From: an uncultured Solirubrobacterales bacterium
GTDB taxonomy: Bacteria > Actinomycetota > Thermoleophilia > Solirubrobacterales > 70-9
Assembly (NCBI GenBank): GCA_963807385.1
Contig: CAWEBQ010000003.1
Span: 718,426-782,425, forward strand
DNA length: 64,000 nucleotides
Reading direction: 5' to 3'
Positions 56,569-64,000 of the stretch are shown in pieces; position 1 is the stretch's first letter, and the number at the start of each line of letters is the position of its first letter. Below the pieces are notes generated by a model, which made no database searches, was not told the origin of the DNA, and saw nothing but the letters and a program-made list of their open reading frames with translations. A program made the position numbers and the translations under genes.

Positions 56569-56985
56569 CTAGTTGTCCTCCCCGCGAAGGCTTTCTGGGA
56601 TGCCAGCCGCCTCGAGTGCCTCTTCCCTCGAGTTGAACGCCTCCTGACGCACAACCTTCCCTTCGCGGAGTTGGTACGCCCAGTTGACGGCCCCCTCGAC
56701 CGCCGCCCCGCTGCCACGGCCCTTTGCCCGGTGGACGGCGACCACGACCACGCGGTCGTCGAACTCCGCCAACTCCTCGATGTCGAAGTAGGCGCCCCGA
56801 TCGAAGGTGCGAAACCAGTCGCCGAACCACTCACCGACCGCGTCCCGACCGCGGAACGTGCCCGCGCGGATACCCGCCGTGACCACCAGCACGACGCCCT
56901 CCGCGTAGTGGCCCAGCGCCCGCTCCCAGTCCCGCTCGTTTGCGGCCGCGTACTGGTCCTCGACGATCTCCGCGTTGGTCAGCAT
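56569..56985 (-). CDS. SnoaL/NTF2-like small protein
   Basis: 138 aa: ...AYFDIEELAEFDDRVVVVAVHRAKGRGSGAAVEGAVNWAYQLREGKVV.... Same pattern as 28996..29388. Confidence 0.6.
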   Translation of the reverse strand: MLTNAEIVEDQYAAANERDWERALGHYAEGVVLVVTAGIRAGTFRGRDAVGEWFGDWFRTFDRGAYFDIEELAEFDDRVVVVAVHRAKGRGSGAAVEGAVNWAYQLREGKVVRQEAFNSREEALEAAGIPESLRGEDN

Positions 56986-57024
56986 CGCTGTAGCGCAGTG
57001 TGCTTCGGGCAGCTGCAGGCCGGG

Positions 57025-57663
57025 TTAGCCGTCCGGCGCCGGGGCCCCCTCGACGCGTTCGTGCACGCGCTGGGCGAGATCGGTCACGTCCTCGGGCCCC
57101 GACTCGCTCGGTGGCGCGTAGCGCTGGACCAGGTACATGAACCGGCCGTCAGCGAACTCGATCGTGTGGGTCGCGCCGTCCTGGGCGCCGTGCCCCTCCT
57201 GGATCGGCGTCGCGGACGCGCCCAGAGCCCCCGGGATCCCGTCAACACTGAACTCGGCCAGCGTGAACACGCACTCCCGCGGGCACTGCTCGAGGTCCTG
57301 GGCGTGGACGAAATCCCGCGCGGCGGCGGCACCATCCTCGTCAGCGAACTCGAAGGCGATGACCCAGGCGACGTCCCCCTTCTCCCTTGCGAAGACCCGC
57401 GCTGCAGCTCCCTGATACCCCGCCTCGGTGAATTCCTGGGTCGCCTGCTCGCGATCAACGTAGGTGATCCCGTCGCGCAGGGCCGGCTTGAGCTGCGGCC
57501 ACTCGAACTCGTCTGTGACCTTGAAGCCTGGCGCCTGGCCCGCTGGCAGCAGACGCGCCTGCAGGCTCATGGCCGGCGGGCTCTCGTCTTCTCCTCCGCA
57601 CCCCGACAATGCGATCGCGCAAAGCGACACGACCGCCCATCGCAGTCCACGTATGCGTCCCAT
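57025..57663 (-). CDS. Putative lipoprotein
   Basis: 212 aa with signal and lipobox MGRIRGLRWAVVSLCAIALSGC. Confidence 0.7.
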   Translation of the reverse strand: MGRIRGLRWAVVSLCAIALSGCGGEDESPPAMSLQARLLPAGQAPGFKVTDEFEWPQLKPALRDGITYVDREQATQEFTEAGYQGAAARVFAREKGDVAWVIAFEFADEDGAAAARDFVHAQDLEQCPRECVFTLAEFSVDGIPGALGASATPIQEGHGAQDGATHTIEFADGRFMYLVQRYAPPSESGPEDVTDLAQRVHERVEGAPAPDG

Positions 57664-57698
57664 GGCCCGGCAGAGTATCCGGTCCGCCGAAGACCGCG

Positions 57699-58274
57699 CT
57701 AGCGCAGCCAGCTCTCCAGAATGCGGACGAGGACAGCGACGGCGTCGCGACCCACGATCCCACGCTCACGCAGCGCGACCAATGCGTCGTAGTCGGTCAG
57801 CGCGCGAACCACCGAGATCTGGCGGTCCTCGAGCCCCAGCGGGTCGAGCGCGACGGTGGCAATTGCGTCGAGACGCTCCTCGATCTCCTCGTGGGCCTCC
57901 TGAAGGGGGGCCAGCAGGACTCGCTCGCGGCGGACCGCCCGCAGCACATCGGCGCCGCGCTCGTACAGGTCGAACAGCTCGCCGACCAGGCGGCGGAGGC
58001 GCTCCCGGCGAGAGCGCGCGCCCCGGAAGCGCTTCGCGATCTCCTCGTCCGACGGCAGCGATAGCCGGAGGAAGCTCAATTCGCCGCAGGCAGGAAGCAG
58101 CTCGTCAAGCGTCGGGAAGTGCCGGAAGACGGTCGCCGGCGCGACGTCGGCTCGCTCCGCGATCTCCTCCCAGCTCGTCGAGGATCTTCTGCGAGTTGTG
58201 ATCGAGGTCGTCCCGCCGCCGGGCCTGGAGGCCCCGCTCCACGTCCACCATGGCGAGGACGAGGGCTTCCTCAT
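57699..58274 (-). CDS. TetR-family regulator, possibly 5'-truncated or degraded
   Basis: HTH TSWEEIAERADVAPATVFRHFPTLDELL followed by a plausible ligand domain. The 33 aa upstream of the HTH are non-canonical (MRKPSSSPWWTWSGASRPGGGTTSITTRRRSS) and lie antisense to the cupin gene. Confidence 0.55.
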   Translation of the reverse strand: MRKPSSSPWWTWSGASRPGGGTTSITTRRRSSTSWEEIAERADVAPATVFRHFPTLDELLPACGELSFLRLSLPSDEEIAKRFRGARSRRERLRRLVGELFDLYERGADVLRAVRRERVLLAPLQEAHEEIEERLDAIATVALDPLGLEDRQISVVRALTDYDALVALRERGIVGRDAVAVLVRILESWLR

Positions 58275-58551
58275 CCTCGAGGGCGACGCGGTGCTCTACG
58301 TGGGCGATCAGCGCATCGAGGCCACAGCGGGCCAGTTCGCGCTCGGGCCCCGCGAGGTGCCACACCGCTACAAGGTGGGTTCCGCCGGCGCCCGCATGTT
58401 GTGGGTCCTGACGCCGGCCGGTTTCGAGGACCTCGTGGAGGCCCTGAGCGTTCCCGCCGAGGCGATGACGGTGCCGCCCCCGGAGATCGCCCCACCGGAG
58501 AACGCGACCGAGATCGCACTGCGATACGGCAACGAGCTCCTCGAGCAGTAG
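58198..58551 (+). CDS. Cupin-domain protein, possibly 5'-truncated
   Basis: The GTG start gives VIEVVPPPGLEAPLHVHHGEDEGFLILEGDAVLYVGD...PREVPHRY (cupin motifs 1 and 2). The usual N-terminal strands before motif 1 are missing. Confidence 0.6.
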   Translation: MIEVVPPPGLEAPLHVHHGEDEGFLILEGDAVLYVGDQRIEATAGQFALGPREVPHRYKVGSAGARMLWVLTPAGFEDLVEALSVPAEAMTVPPPEIAPPENATEIALRYGNELLEQ

Positions 58552-58618
58552 GGGCAGGACCAGCCCGGCACCGGTCGGTGCCCTCTCCGGCTGCGAGCCG
58601 CAGGGTGAAACCGCCCGG

Positions 58619-59860
58619 CTAGCCCTTCTCCTTCTCGTAGCCGCCCGCGTCGCAGCGCTTCCCCTGGGCCCGCGCCACGCCGCGCTGGTCCGTCGCCGGG
58701 TAGTCAGGCGGATCGGCGCACATCGGCTTCGTCTCCTTCGGCCCGGCGTCGATCGCGTCGCTGCCGTTGAGAAGAGCGTGGGTCTGGGTCGGGCCGCCGT
58801 TGGCGGCGAGCCGTCCCAGCTTGGCGTCGGCGTTCATCAGGTCGGTCGCGTCGGTCAAGCCCCCGCAGCTGCCGTCGCTGGCGACGTTGGAGCCCTCTGA
58901 GCCCTGGTTGTCCCCCCCGCAGTTCCCGTCCCCGCGTGGCTGCGCGAGCACAGTGGCAAAGAGCACCGAGGTGCCGCCGCCGAGGTTCGCCCCACCGACC
59001 TTTGCCCTGTTGTTCGCGATCGTCGCATAGCGGAATCGCGCGTTGGTGGCGCTGGAGCCGTAGTAGTAGCCACCACCGCCGCTGAACATGCCCGAGCCCG
59101 TGGCCCGGTTGCCGCTGATCGTGCTGTTGCGAATCACCGCGACCCCCTGGTCGTGGACGCCACCGCCCGTGTCCGCGACGTTGTTGCTGATGGTGCTCCG
59201 CTCGATCGTGGAGGTGATTGTCGTGCTGGACAGCGACAACCCGCCTCCGATCGAGCCGGCGGCCTTGTTCCTCCTGACCGTCGACTTGGTGAGGCTCAGG
59301 TTCGCATCGCCCCCGATGACCTTTATGCCGCCCCCCCCGCAACAGCTTGCTTGGTTGTTGCGGATCACCGAGGACTTGATATTGAGGATGTCCGAGGCTC
59401 GGATCCCGCCGCCACCGGCGTTCGACTCAGATCCGTTGGCGACGGTGAGACGCCGCAGGTAGAGGGGTCCACCGGCGTCGAAGACGCGGTCGTCGAGCGC
59501 CTTCGCGTCGATCACCGCCTTGCCGGGCGAGCGCCCCTTGACCGTGAGCCCGTCGGTGTCGAGCACGTCGAGGTCACCCGTGGCGCCCGCGTCCTCGTTG
59601 TTGCCCTCGATCTTCAGCTTGTAGGGCTTGCTCTGCGCCGGCAGAACGATCTTGTCGGGGCCGACCGCGTTGTTCGCATCGAGTACGGCCTCGCGCAGGC
59701 TGCAGGCCGACTGAGTGCAGCCGTTGGGTGCCGGGTCGCCGCGCGTAGTAACCGTCAACGGGGCCGCAACCGACGCGGAGGCCCATCCGAGCGATGCAAC
59801 GCCGACAACGACGAGCGCACCCACATGGCGGCCACCTGGGCACGATCGGACTCGACTCAT
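58619..59860 (-). CDS. Secreted right-handed beta-helix repeat protein (choice-of-anchor-Q-like)
   Basis: The track ORF extends to 59977. The Met at 59860 gives signal MSRVRSCPGGRHVGALVVVGVASLGWASASVAAP. After that come CSLREAVLDANN, repeated ...I.NS.I.GN.A...GGG... turns, and a Cys-rich C-terminus. Confidence 0.75.
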   Translation of the reverse strand: MSRVRSCPGGRHVGALVVVGVASLGWASASVAAPLTVTTRGDPAPNGCTQSACSLREAVLDANNAVGPDKIVLPAQSKPYKLKIEGNNEDAGATGDLDVLDTDGLTVKGRSPGKAVIDAKALDDRVFDAGGPLYLRRLTVANGSESNAGGGGIRASDILNIKSSVIRNNQASCCGGGGIKVIGGDANLSLTKSTVRRNKAAGSIGGGLSLSSTTITSTIERSTISNNVADTGGGVHDQGVAVIRNSTISGNRATGSGMFSGGGGYYYGSSATNARFRYATIANNRAKVGGANLGGGTSVLFATVLAQPRGDGNCGGDNQGSEGSNVASDGSCGGLTDATDLMNADAKLGRLAANGGPTQTHALLNGSDAIDAGPKETKPMCADPPDYPATDQRGVARAQGKRCDAGGYEKEKG

Positions 59861-59928
59861 TAGAACCCCCCGGTAGGCGGACCCCCTCATGGGGTGTGTC
59901 AACCTATACCACCGAAGAAGGGCCAAGC

Positions 59929-62067
59929 TCACGCCTCCGCCTCGATCACCAGACGGCGAAGGGGCTTCGGCGCCCACCAGTTACGATCGCCGAGCAGCGC
60001 CATCAGCGAGGGAACCAGCATCGCTCGCACGATTGTCGAGTCGATCAGCACGGCTACCGCCAAGCCGAAGCCGCTCTCCTTAACTCCGATCAGGCTGCCG
60101 CTTACCAGCGCGCCCATCGCGACTGCAAACAGCAGCGCCGCAGAGCTGATCAGCCGGCCTGTTCGCTCGAGCCCGAGCGCAACCGCCTCAGCGTTCGACT
60201 CGCCCCCGTCGTGCAGCTCGCGGATGCGGCTGAGGCTGAAGACGCCGTAGTCGGTCGAGAGCCCGAAGCCCGTTATCACGACGATCACCGCGACTCCGAT
60301 CGAGATCCCACCGGGGCTCGTAAAGCCGAACGCGCCCTCGAGATTCCCGTCCTGGAAGACCAGCCTCATCAGTCCGAGGGTGGCGCCGAGCGTGAGAACG
60401 TTCATCACCAGTGCCTTCAGCGGCAGGAGCAGCGAGCCGGTCATCACGAACAGGGCAGACACCGTGGTCGCGATCAGAATCGCCGCCGCGAGCGGTAGCT
60501 TGCTGAGGACGCTTTCCTCCTCGTCGATCTCGCTGGCCGCCAGGCCGCCGACGCGAACCTCGGCCACCGGCGGTGATTCCAGCGCCCGCACCTCGCCGAT
60601 CAGCTCCCGCGTCCGCGGACTCGCCCGTCCGACGGCGCTGAACACGTCCATTCTCACCACGTTCCCGAATCGAACGAGCGGTGGAACCACCTCGACCCCT
60701 TCGAGCGCCGACGCGTCTTTGCGGTACTTCACGGCCCAGGGCGCCGGCGGGCTGCCCGGCGGATCCTCGGTGACCCACTGAGTGATGATCGGATATTGGG
60801 AATCGGGCGTGAACTCGGCCGCGAGCTTGCGATCAACGGCCCCCGCCGACTGCTCGTCCGGAAGCAGGCTCGCGTCATCGGGGACAAACCTGATCCCCAA
60901 TGCGGGCAGGGCCAGGACGATCAGTACCGCCGCCGAGGAGACGGCGATCGTGGCAGGGTGCCGCATGACCCAGTGCGAGAACCGGTACCAGCGACCATGG
61001 GCGTCCGGTATCGCCGTCGCCCGAGCCGAGCGCTGCAACCAGCTCGGCGCCAGCGCGTTGACGCGCTCGCCGAGCAGTGACAGCAACGCCGGGAGGATGA
61101 AGAGCGCGCCGAGCGCGCACAGGAGGGTGACCGCGATGCCGCTGATCCCGACCGAGCGCAAAAGCTGCTGCGGGAAGACCAACAGGCTCGCCATCGCACC
61201 GGCGACCGTGACAGCACTGAAGATGACCGCACGCCCGGACGTGGACAGCGTGCGATGAAGCGCCTCGGGTACCTGCACCCCCCGGGCCAGCTCCTCGCGG
61301 AAGCGCGAGACTATGAACAGGGAGTAGTCGATCGCCAAACCGAGGCCGAGGGCGGTGATCACGTTGGTCGCGGTGACCGTGACCGGAACCACCTCGTGGA
61401 TCGCTCGCATTGCGGCCAGGGCGCCGACGACCGCGACTCCGCCCAGGATCAGCGGGAGCGTCGCGGCGACCAGGCTCCGGAAGAACAGCAGGGAGAGCAC
61501 CAGCAGCAGCGGAAAGGCGAACAGCTCGGCCCGTTGCAGGTCCTTCTCGGATTGCTCGGCGATCTGTTCGTCGGCGATCACCACCCCGCCTAGCTCCACG
61601 TCATCTTGGCCCGCGAACTCCTCTTCCACCGCCGGGGCGATGTCGTCGCTGTTGGCCTGGGCGTCGACTTCCGCGACCGCGAAGGCGCTCTGGCCGTCGA
61701 GGGCGATCAGCGGCCTCTTTGGCGCATACGGGCTGGTCACTCGCTCGACTCCTTCGACCCGTTTGAGCGCGGAGACGACCTCAGCGACCCGCTCGCGGCC
61801 GTAGGGGGACAGCGCCGGAACGCTGACGAGGGCGATCACCGTCCCGTCGCTGCGGACCCCGGTGACGTCCTCGAGCGCCTTGCTCGCCTGGGCGCTGTCG
61901 GTGTTGGAATCCTCGAATTCGTAGGGATCGAGAGCGTCGAAGGCCGTCATCCCGAGCGGCGCCGCCAGCAGGATCGCCACACCGCAAACGAGGAGGACGC
62001 GTTTGGGCGCGTGGATCGCGATGCCTGCCATCCGTGCGGCTAGCGGCTCTCTCCCCTCCGGAGCCAT
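59929..62067 (-). CDS. MMPL-family (RND superfamily) membrane transporter
   Basis: 712 aa with two blocks of about 6 TM segments separated by soluble loops and typical MMPL motifs (LGLAIDYSLFIVSRFREEL, GFGLSTDYGVFSLSRIRE). Confidence 0.88.
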   Translation of the reverse strand: MAPEGREPLAARMAGIAIHAPKRVLLVCGVAILLAAPLGMTAFDALDPYEFEDSNTDSAQASKALEDVTGVRSDGTVIALVSVPALSPYGRERVAEVVSALKRVEGVERVTSPYAPKRPLIALDGQSAFAVAEVDAQANSDDIAPAVEEEFAGQDDVELGGVVIADEQIAEQSEKDLQRAELFAFPLLLVLSLLFFRSLVAATLPLILGGVAVVGALAAMRAIHEVVPVTVTATNVITALGLGLAIDYSLFIVSRFREELARGVQVPEALHRTLSTSGRAVIFSAVTVAGAMASLLVFPQQLLRSVGISGIAVTLLCALGALFILPALLSLLGERVNALAPSWLQRSARATAIPDAHGRWYRFSHWVMRHPATIAVSSAAVLIVLALPALGIRFVPDDASLLPDEQSAGAVDRKLAAEFTPDSQYPIITQWVTEDPPGSPPAPWAVKYRKDASALEGVEVVPPLVRFGNVVRMDVFSAVGRASPRTRELIGEVRALESPPVAEVRVGGLAASEIDEEESVLSKLPLAAAILIATTVSALFVMTGSLLLPLKALVMNVLTLGATLGLMRLVFQDGNLEGAFGFTSPGGISIGVAVIVVITGFGLSTDYGVFSLSRIRELHDGGESNAEAVALGLERTGRLISSAALLFAVAMGALVSGSLIGVKESGFGLAVAVLIDSTIVRAMLVPSLMALLGDRNWWAPKPLRRLVIEAEA

Positions 62068-62104
62068 CGCTGCGGCAGTCTATCCGCGATAATCCGCCCG
62101 GCTC

Positions 62105-62944
62105 ATGACCTCCGGCTCAGAGCCCGATCCGATGCTGCCCCAGGTCCGCGCCGGGATTGCGGTGCTGTTGGCGCTCGCGATAGCCAATGGAGCCTTCCTC
62201 TACTTTCTTCCCGGTCGGGCCGAGCCCGACTACGCGTGGGCGATCGCGTTGCCGGTGAGCGCGGCGTTCATGGGGGCGGGCTACCTGGCCGGCACCGTCG
62301 CCACGGGGCTTGGCACCTTCGCCGCGCGGTATTGGCGATCCGTCCGCGCGCTGGTACCGGCCTTCTGCGTGCTCGGGTTGACTCTGCTCGCGGCGACCCT
62401 GATAGACGCCGAGCAGTTCCGCTGGGACTACTTCCCCACCTGGGTGTGGACGATCGTCTACGCCGCGCTTCCCCCTGCGGCCGTGTACTTCTGGATCCTT
62501 CAGGAGCGTGTCGCCGGTGAGCAGCCCGAGCGCGACGTACGGCTGTCGTCGCTCTGGGCGCCGGCAGTGCTGGTGGGCGTGATCCTCGGGGTCGTCGGCC
62601 TCGCCCTCTTCGCAGCGCCGGACTCGCTCCTCGAGGAGTGGCCGTGGGACATCACCCCATTGCTCGCACGCGTATTCGGGGGCTGGTACCTGCTAGCCGC
62701 CACCACCCTGATCTTCTCGGCTGCGAGCGTCCGTCGCGCGCACGAGATGCCGATTCCCTTCGCGACGGTGGCGACCTGGTGCCTCCTGATCGTGTTGCTG
62801 CCACTGCTCTACTCGGACACCGTGCGCACCAGTGGCATCGGCTTCTGGGGATTCGTAGGAATCCACGCCATTGTGCTGGCCGGCTGCACGTTCGCGGTCG
62901 TGCGCAGCGCCGCCCTGATGCGGGTCGACGGCGCGCGGCTCTAG
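62105..62944 (+). CDS. Internally duplicated polytopic membrane protein (paralog 2 of 3)
   Basis: 279 aa with DYAWAIALPVSAAFMGAGYLAG and EEWPWDITPLLARVFGGWYLLAA, plus a TWVW motif. Same family as 1977..2843. Confidence 0.7.
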   Translation: MTSGSEPDPMLPQVRAGIAVLLALAIANGAFLYFLPGRAEPDYAWAIALPVSAAFMGAGYLAGTVATGLGTFAARYWRSVRALVPAFCVLGLTLLAATLIDAEQFRWDYFPTWVWTIVYAALPPAAVYFWILQERVAGEQPERDVRLSSLWAPAVLVGVILGVVGLALFAAPDSLLEEWPWDITPLLARVFGGWYLLAATTLIFSAASVRRAHEMPIPFATVATWCLLIVLLPLLYSDTVRTSGIGFWGFVGIHAIVLAGCTFAVVRSAALMRVDGARL

Positions 62945-63765
62945 GCTGCCGCCGGCGCGCCTCGGGATCGCATCATGAGCGCAAGACCCGAGATCAGGAT
63001 CACCGCGAAGGCGCCGACCCATACCCAGGTGCCGAGCGCAGCCCAGTCGACCGTGTGCTCTTCGCGATCGGCGAGCACCAGGCCGAGAATCGCGAAGGCG
63101 CCCACCACGACCTGCACCAGGCCGACCAGCAGCACCTCAGTGGCCGCTGCAACCCGGGCGATCGCCAGCGCTGCCACCCCCAGGGTGATGATGATCGCGC
63201 TGTAGAGGCGGGCGTGGAAGACGTCCACCTCCCACGGCCAGAAGTCGATGAAGGTCTCCGGCGCCACCAGCAGGCCGACGCCGTAGGCGATAAAGAGTGT
63301 CGCGGTGACGAGGAGATACGTGCGCCAGGCAGGCGGAGTCGGCAGCGGATTGGCGGGCGGGAGGTGGCGGAAGCGCAGGTATGCGTAGATCGAGCCGGCC
63401 GGGATCAGCACGTAGAGCACGAACCAGATCCACGTCCCCGGGTTCGCCGAGTCGAAGCGATCGGCGTAAAACAGCGTCACCACGAGCACCAGGCTCGTGA
63501 ACACGGACACCATCAGCAGGGCCACCCGCCCCGGCGCCCATCGGAAAGAGGTCTGCCAGAAGAGCACCGCCGCCAACGACGCCAGGTAGACGGCGCCGAT
63601 GAAGCGGATGTTGAAGGGCCCGCTCTCCCACGGCAGCTCCTCCAGCCCCGTCGAGGGGAAGAAGAAGGGAACGATGCCCGCAACCGCGAGTACGACGGCC
63701 TCGACACCGATCAGCGCACGTAGGGCCGGCGGCAGAGCAGGGTTGGCTGGGTGAGTCCGCGTCAT
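62941..63765 (-). CDS. Internally duplicated polytopic membrane protein (paralog 3 of 3)
   Basis: 274 aa with ELPWESGPFNIRFIGAVYLAS and DFWPWEVDVFHARLYSAIIITLG, plus TWIW/TWVW motifs. It is convergent with paralog 2, and the two stop codons share the palindrome CTAG at 62941-62944. Confidence 0.7.
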   Translation of the reverse strand: MTRTHPANPALPPALRALIGVEAVVLAVAGIVPFFFPSTGLEELPWESGPFNIRFIGAVYLASLAAVLFWQTSFRWAPGRVALLMVSVFTSLVLVVTLFYADRFDSANPGTWIWFVLYVLIPAGSIYAYLRFRHLPPANPLPTPPAWRTYLLVTATLFIAYGVGLLVAPETFIDFWPWEVDVFHARLYSAIIITLGVAALAIARVAAATEVLLVGLVQVVVGAFAILGLVLADREEHTVDWAALGTWVWVGAFAVILISGLALMMRSRGAPAAA

Positions 63766-64000
63766 GTGCGGGAGGAGATCGTATTTCTTCTCCGGCTCGT
63801 CCCGAGGCGGTACGCGGATTCGCCCTAGGCCACGCCGCTCTCAGCAACCGGATGACGGGCGACCGTGCACCGTTGCGCGGCGAAGTCTGGGACGTCCTGC
63901 ACGAAGAGTGTCTGCTCTTCACCGACGAGGGATTCCATGATGCGGTCGCAGCCTTCCCAGAAGCTCGTACGTGTTCGATGTCAAGGGTCTGCGCGGCGAG

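Noticed and set aside
63766-64000. Possible partial gene at the right edge: a plus-strand ATG at 63852 giving MTGDRAPLRGEVWDVLHEECLLFTDEGF..., or a 38-aa minus-strand ORF MESLVGEEQTLFVQDVPDF... ending at 63825
   Set aside because: Both strands show short, moderately GC3-rich open frames and neither has a recognisable motif. There is too little sequence to decide, so no feature is called.

Overview
Visibly high-GC, actinobacterial-style chromosome segment (G+C judged by eye, not computed; taxon cannot be determined from this window). I support about 60 protein-coding genes. I recognised no rRNA, tRNA, CRISPR array, transposase or integrase. The supplied ORF track omits ORFs that run off the window edge, and it contains many long Arg/Pro/Gly-rich shadow ORFs, which I ignored. 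Housekeeping content: dnaK-grpE-dnaJ-hspR followed by clpB (17.2-24.4 kb); purD-purE-purB (34.1-37.2 kb); purC, purS and purQ (43.5-46.9 kb); ino1 with a CDP-alcohol phosphatidyltransferase and a PAP2-like protein (12.1-14.8 kb); nth; a c-type cytochrome; a nitronate monooxygenase; a vapBC toxin-antitoxin pair; and three large STAND/LAL-type ATPase regulators, one of them cyclase-fused. Main finding: between about 24.4 and 56.5 kb there are eleven PAPS-type sulfotransferase (ST) domains. Eight look like tyrosylprotein-sulfotransferase/RaxST-type enzymes, and three are more divergent, one of them heparan-sulfate-type. They are interleaved with two GT4 glycosyltransferase paralogs, two GT2-like paralogs, two paralogs of an unassigned GT-A-like DxD domain, an asparagine-synthase-like amidotransferase lacking the N-terminal Cys, an NAD-dependent sugar epimerase and a secreted FG-GAP/ASPIC protein. 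The core is a nine-domain, eight-gene operon (47806..56537) in which every gene junction is a stop/start overlap. Two genes are GT-ST fusions whose halves also occur as separate genes elsewhere in the locus. Two ST genes are spliced, with translational coupling, into the purC-purS-purQ operon. I interpret this as machinery for a heavily and multiply sulfated glycoconjugate, with protein or peptide tyrosine sulfation as the alternative. This is inference only. No PAPS-synthesis genes or classical polysaccharide export genes are in the window. Other points of interest: a csoR-like copper repressor with an operator-like palindrome, apparently co-transcribed with a cytochrome P450; a family of internally duplicated membrane proteins present three times (two copies convergent next to an MMPL transporter); a lipoprotein gene interrupted by an in-frame TAG; HspR-operator-like inverted repeats and a possibly leaderless clpB; and a TetR/cupin pair that looks mutually truncated.
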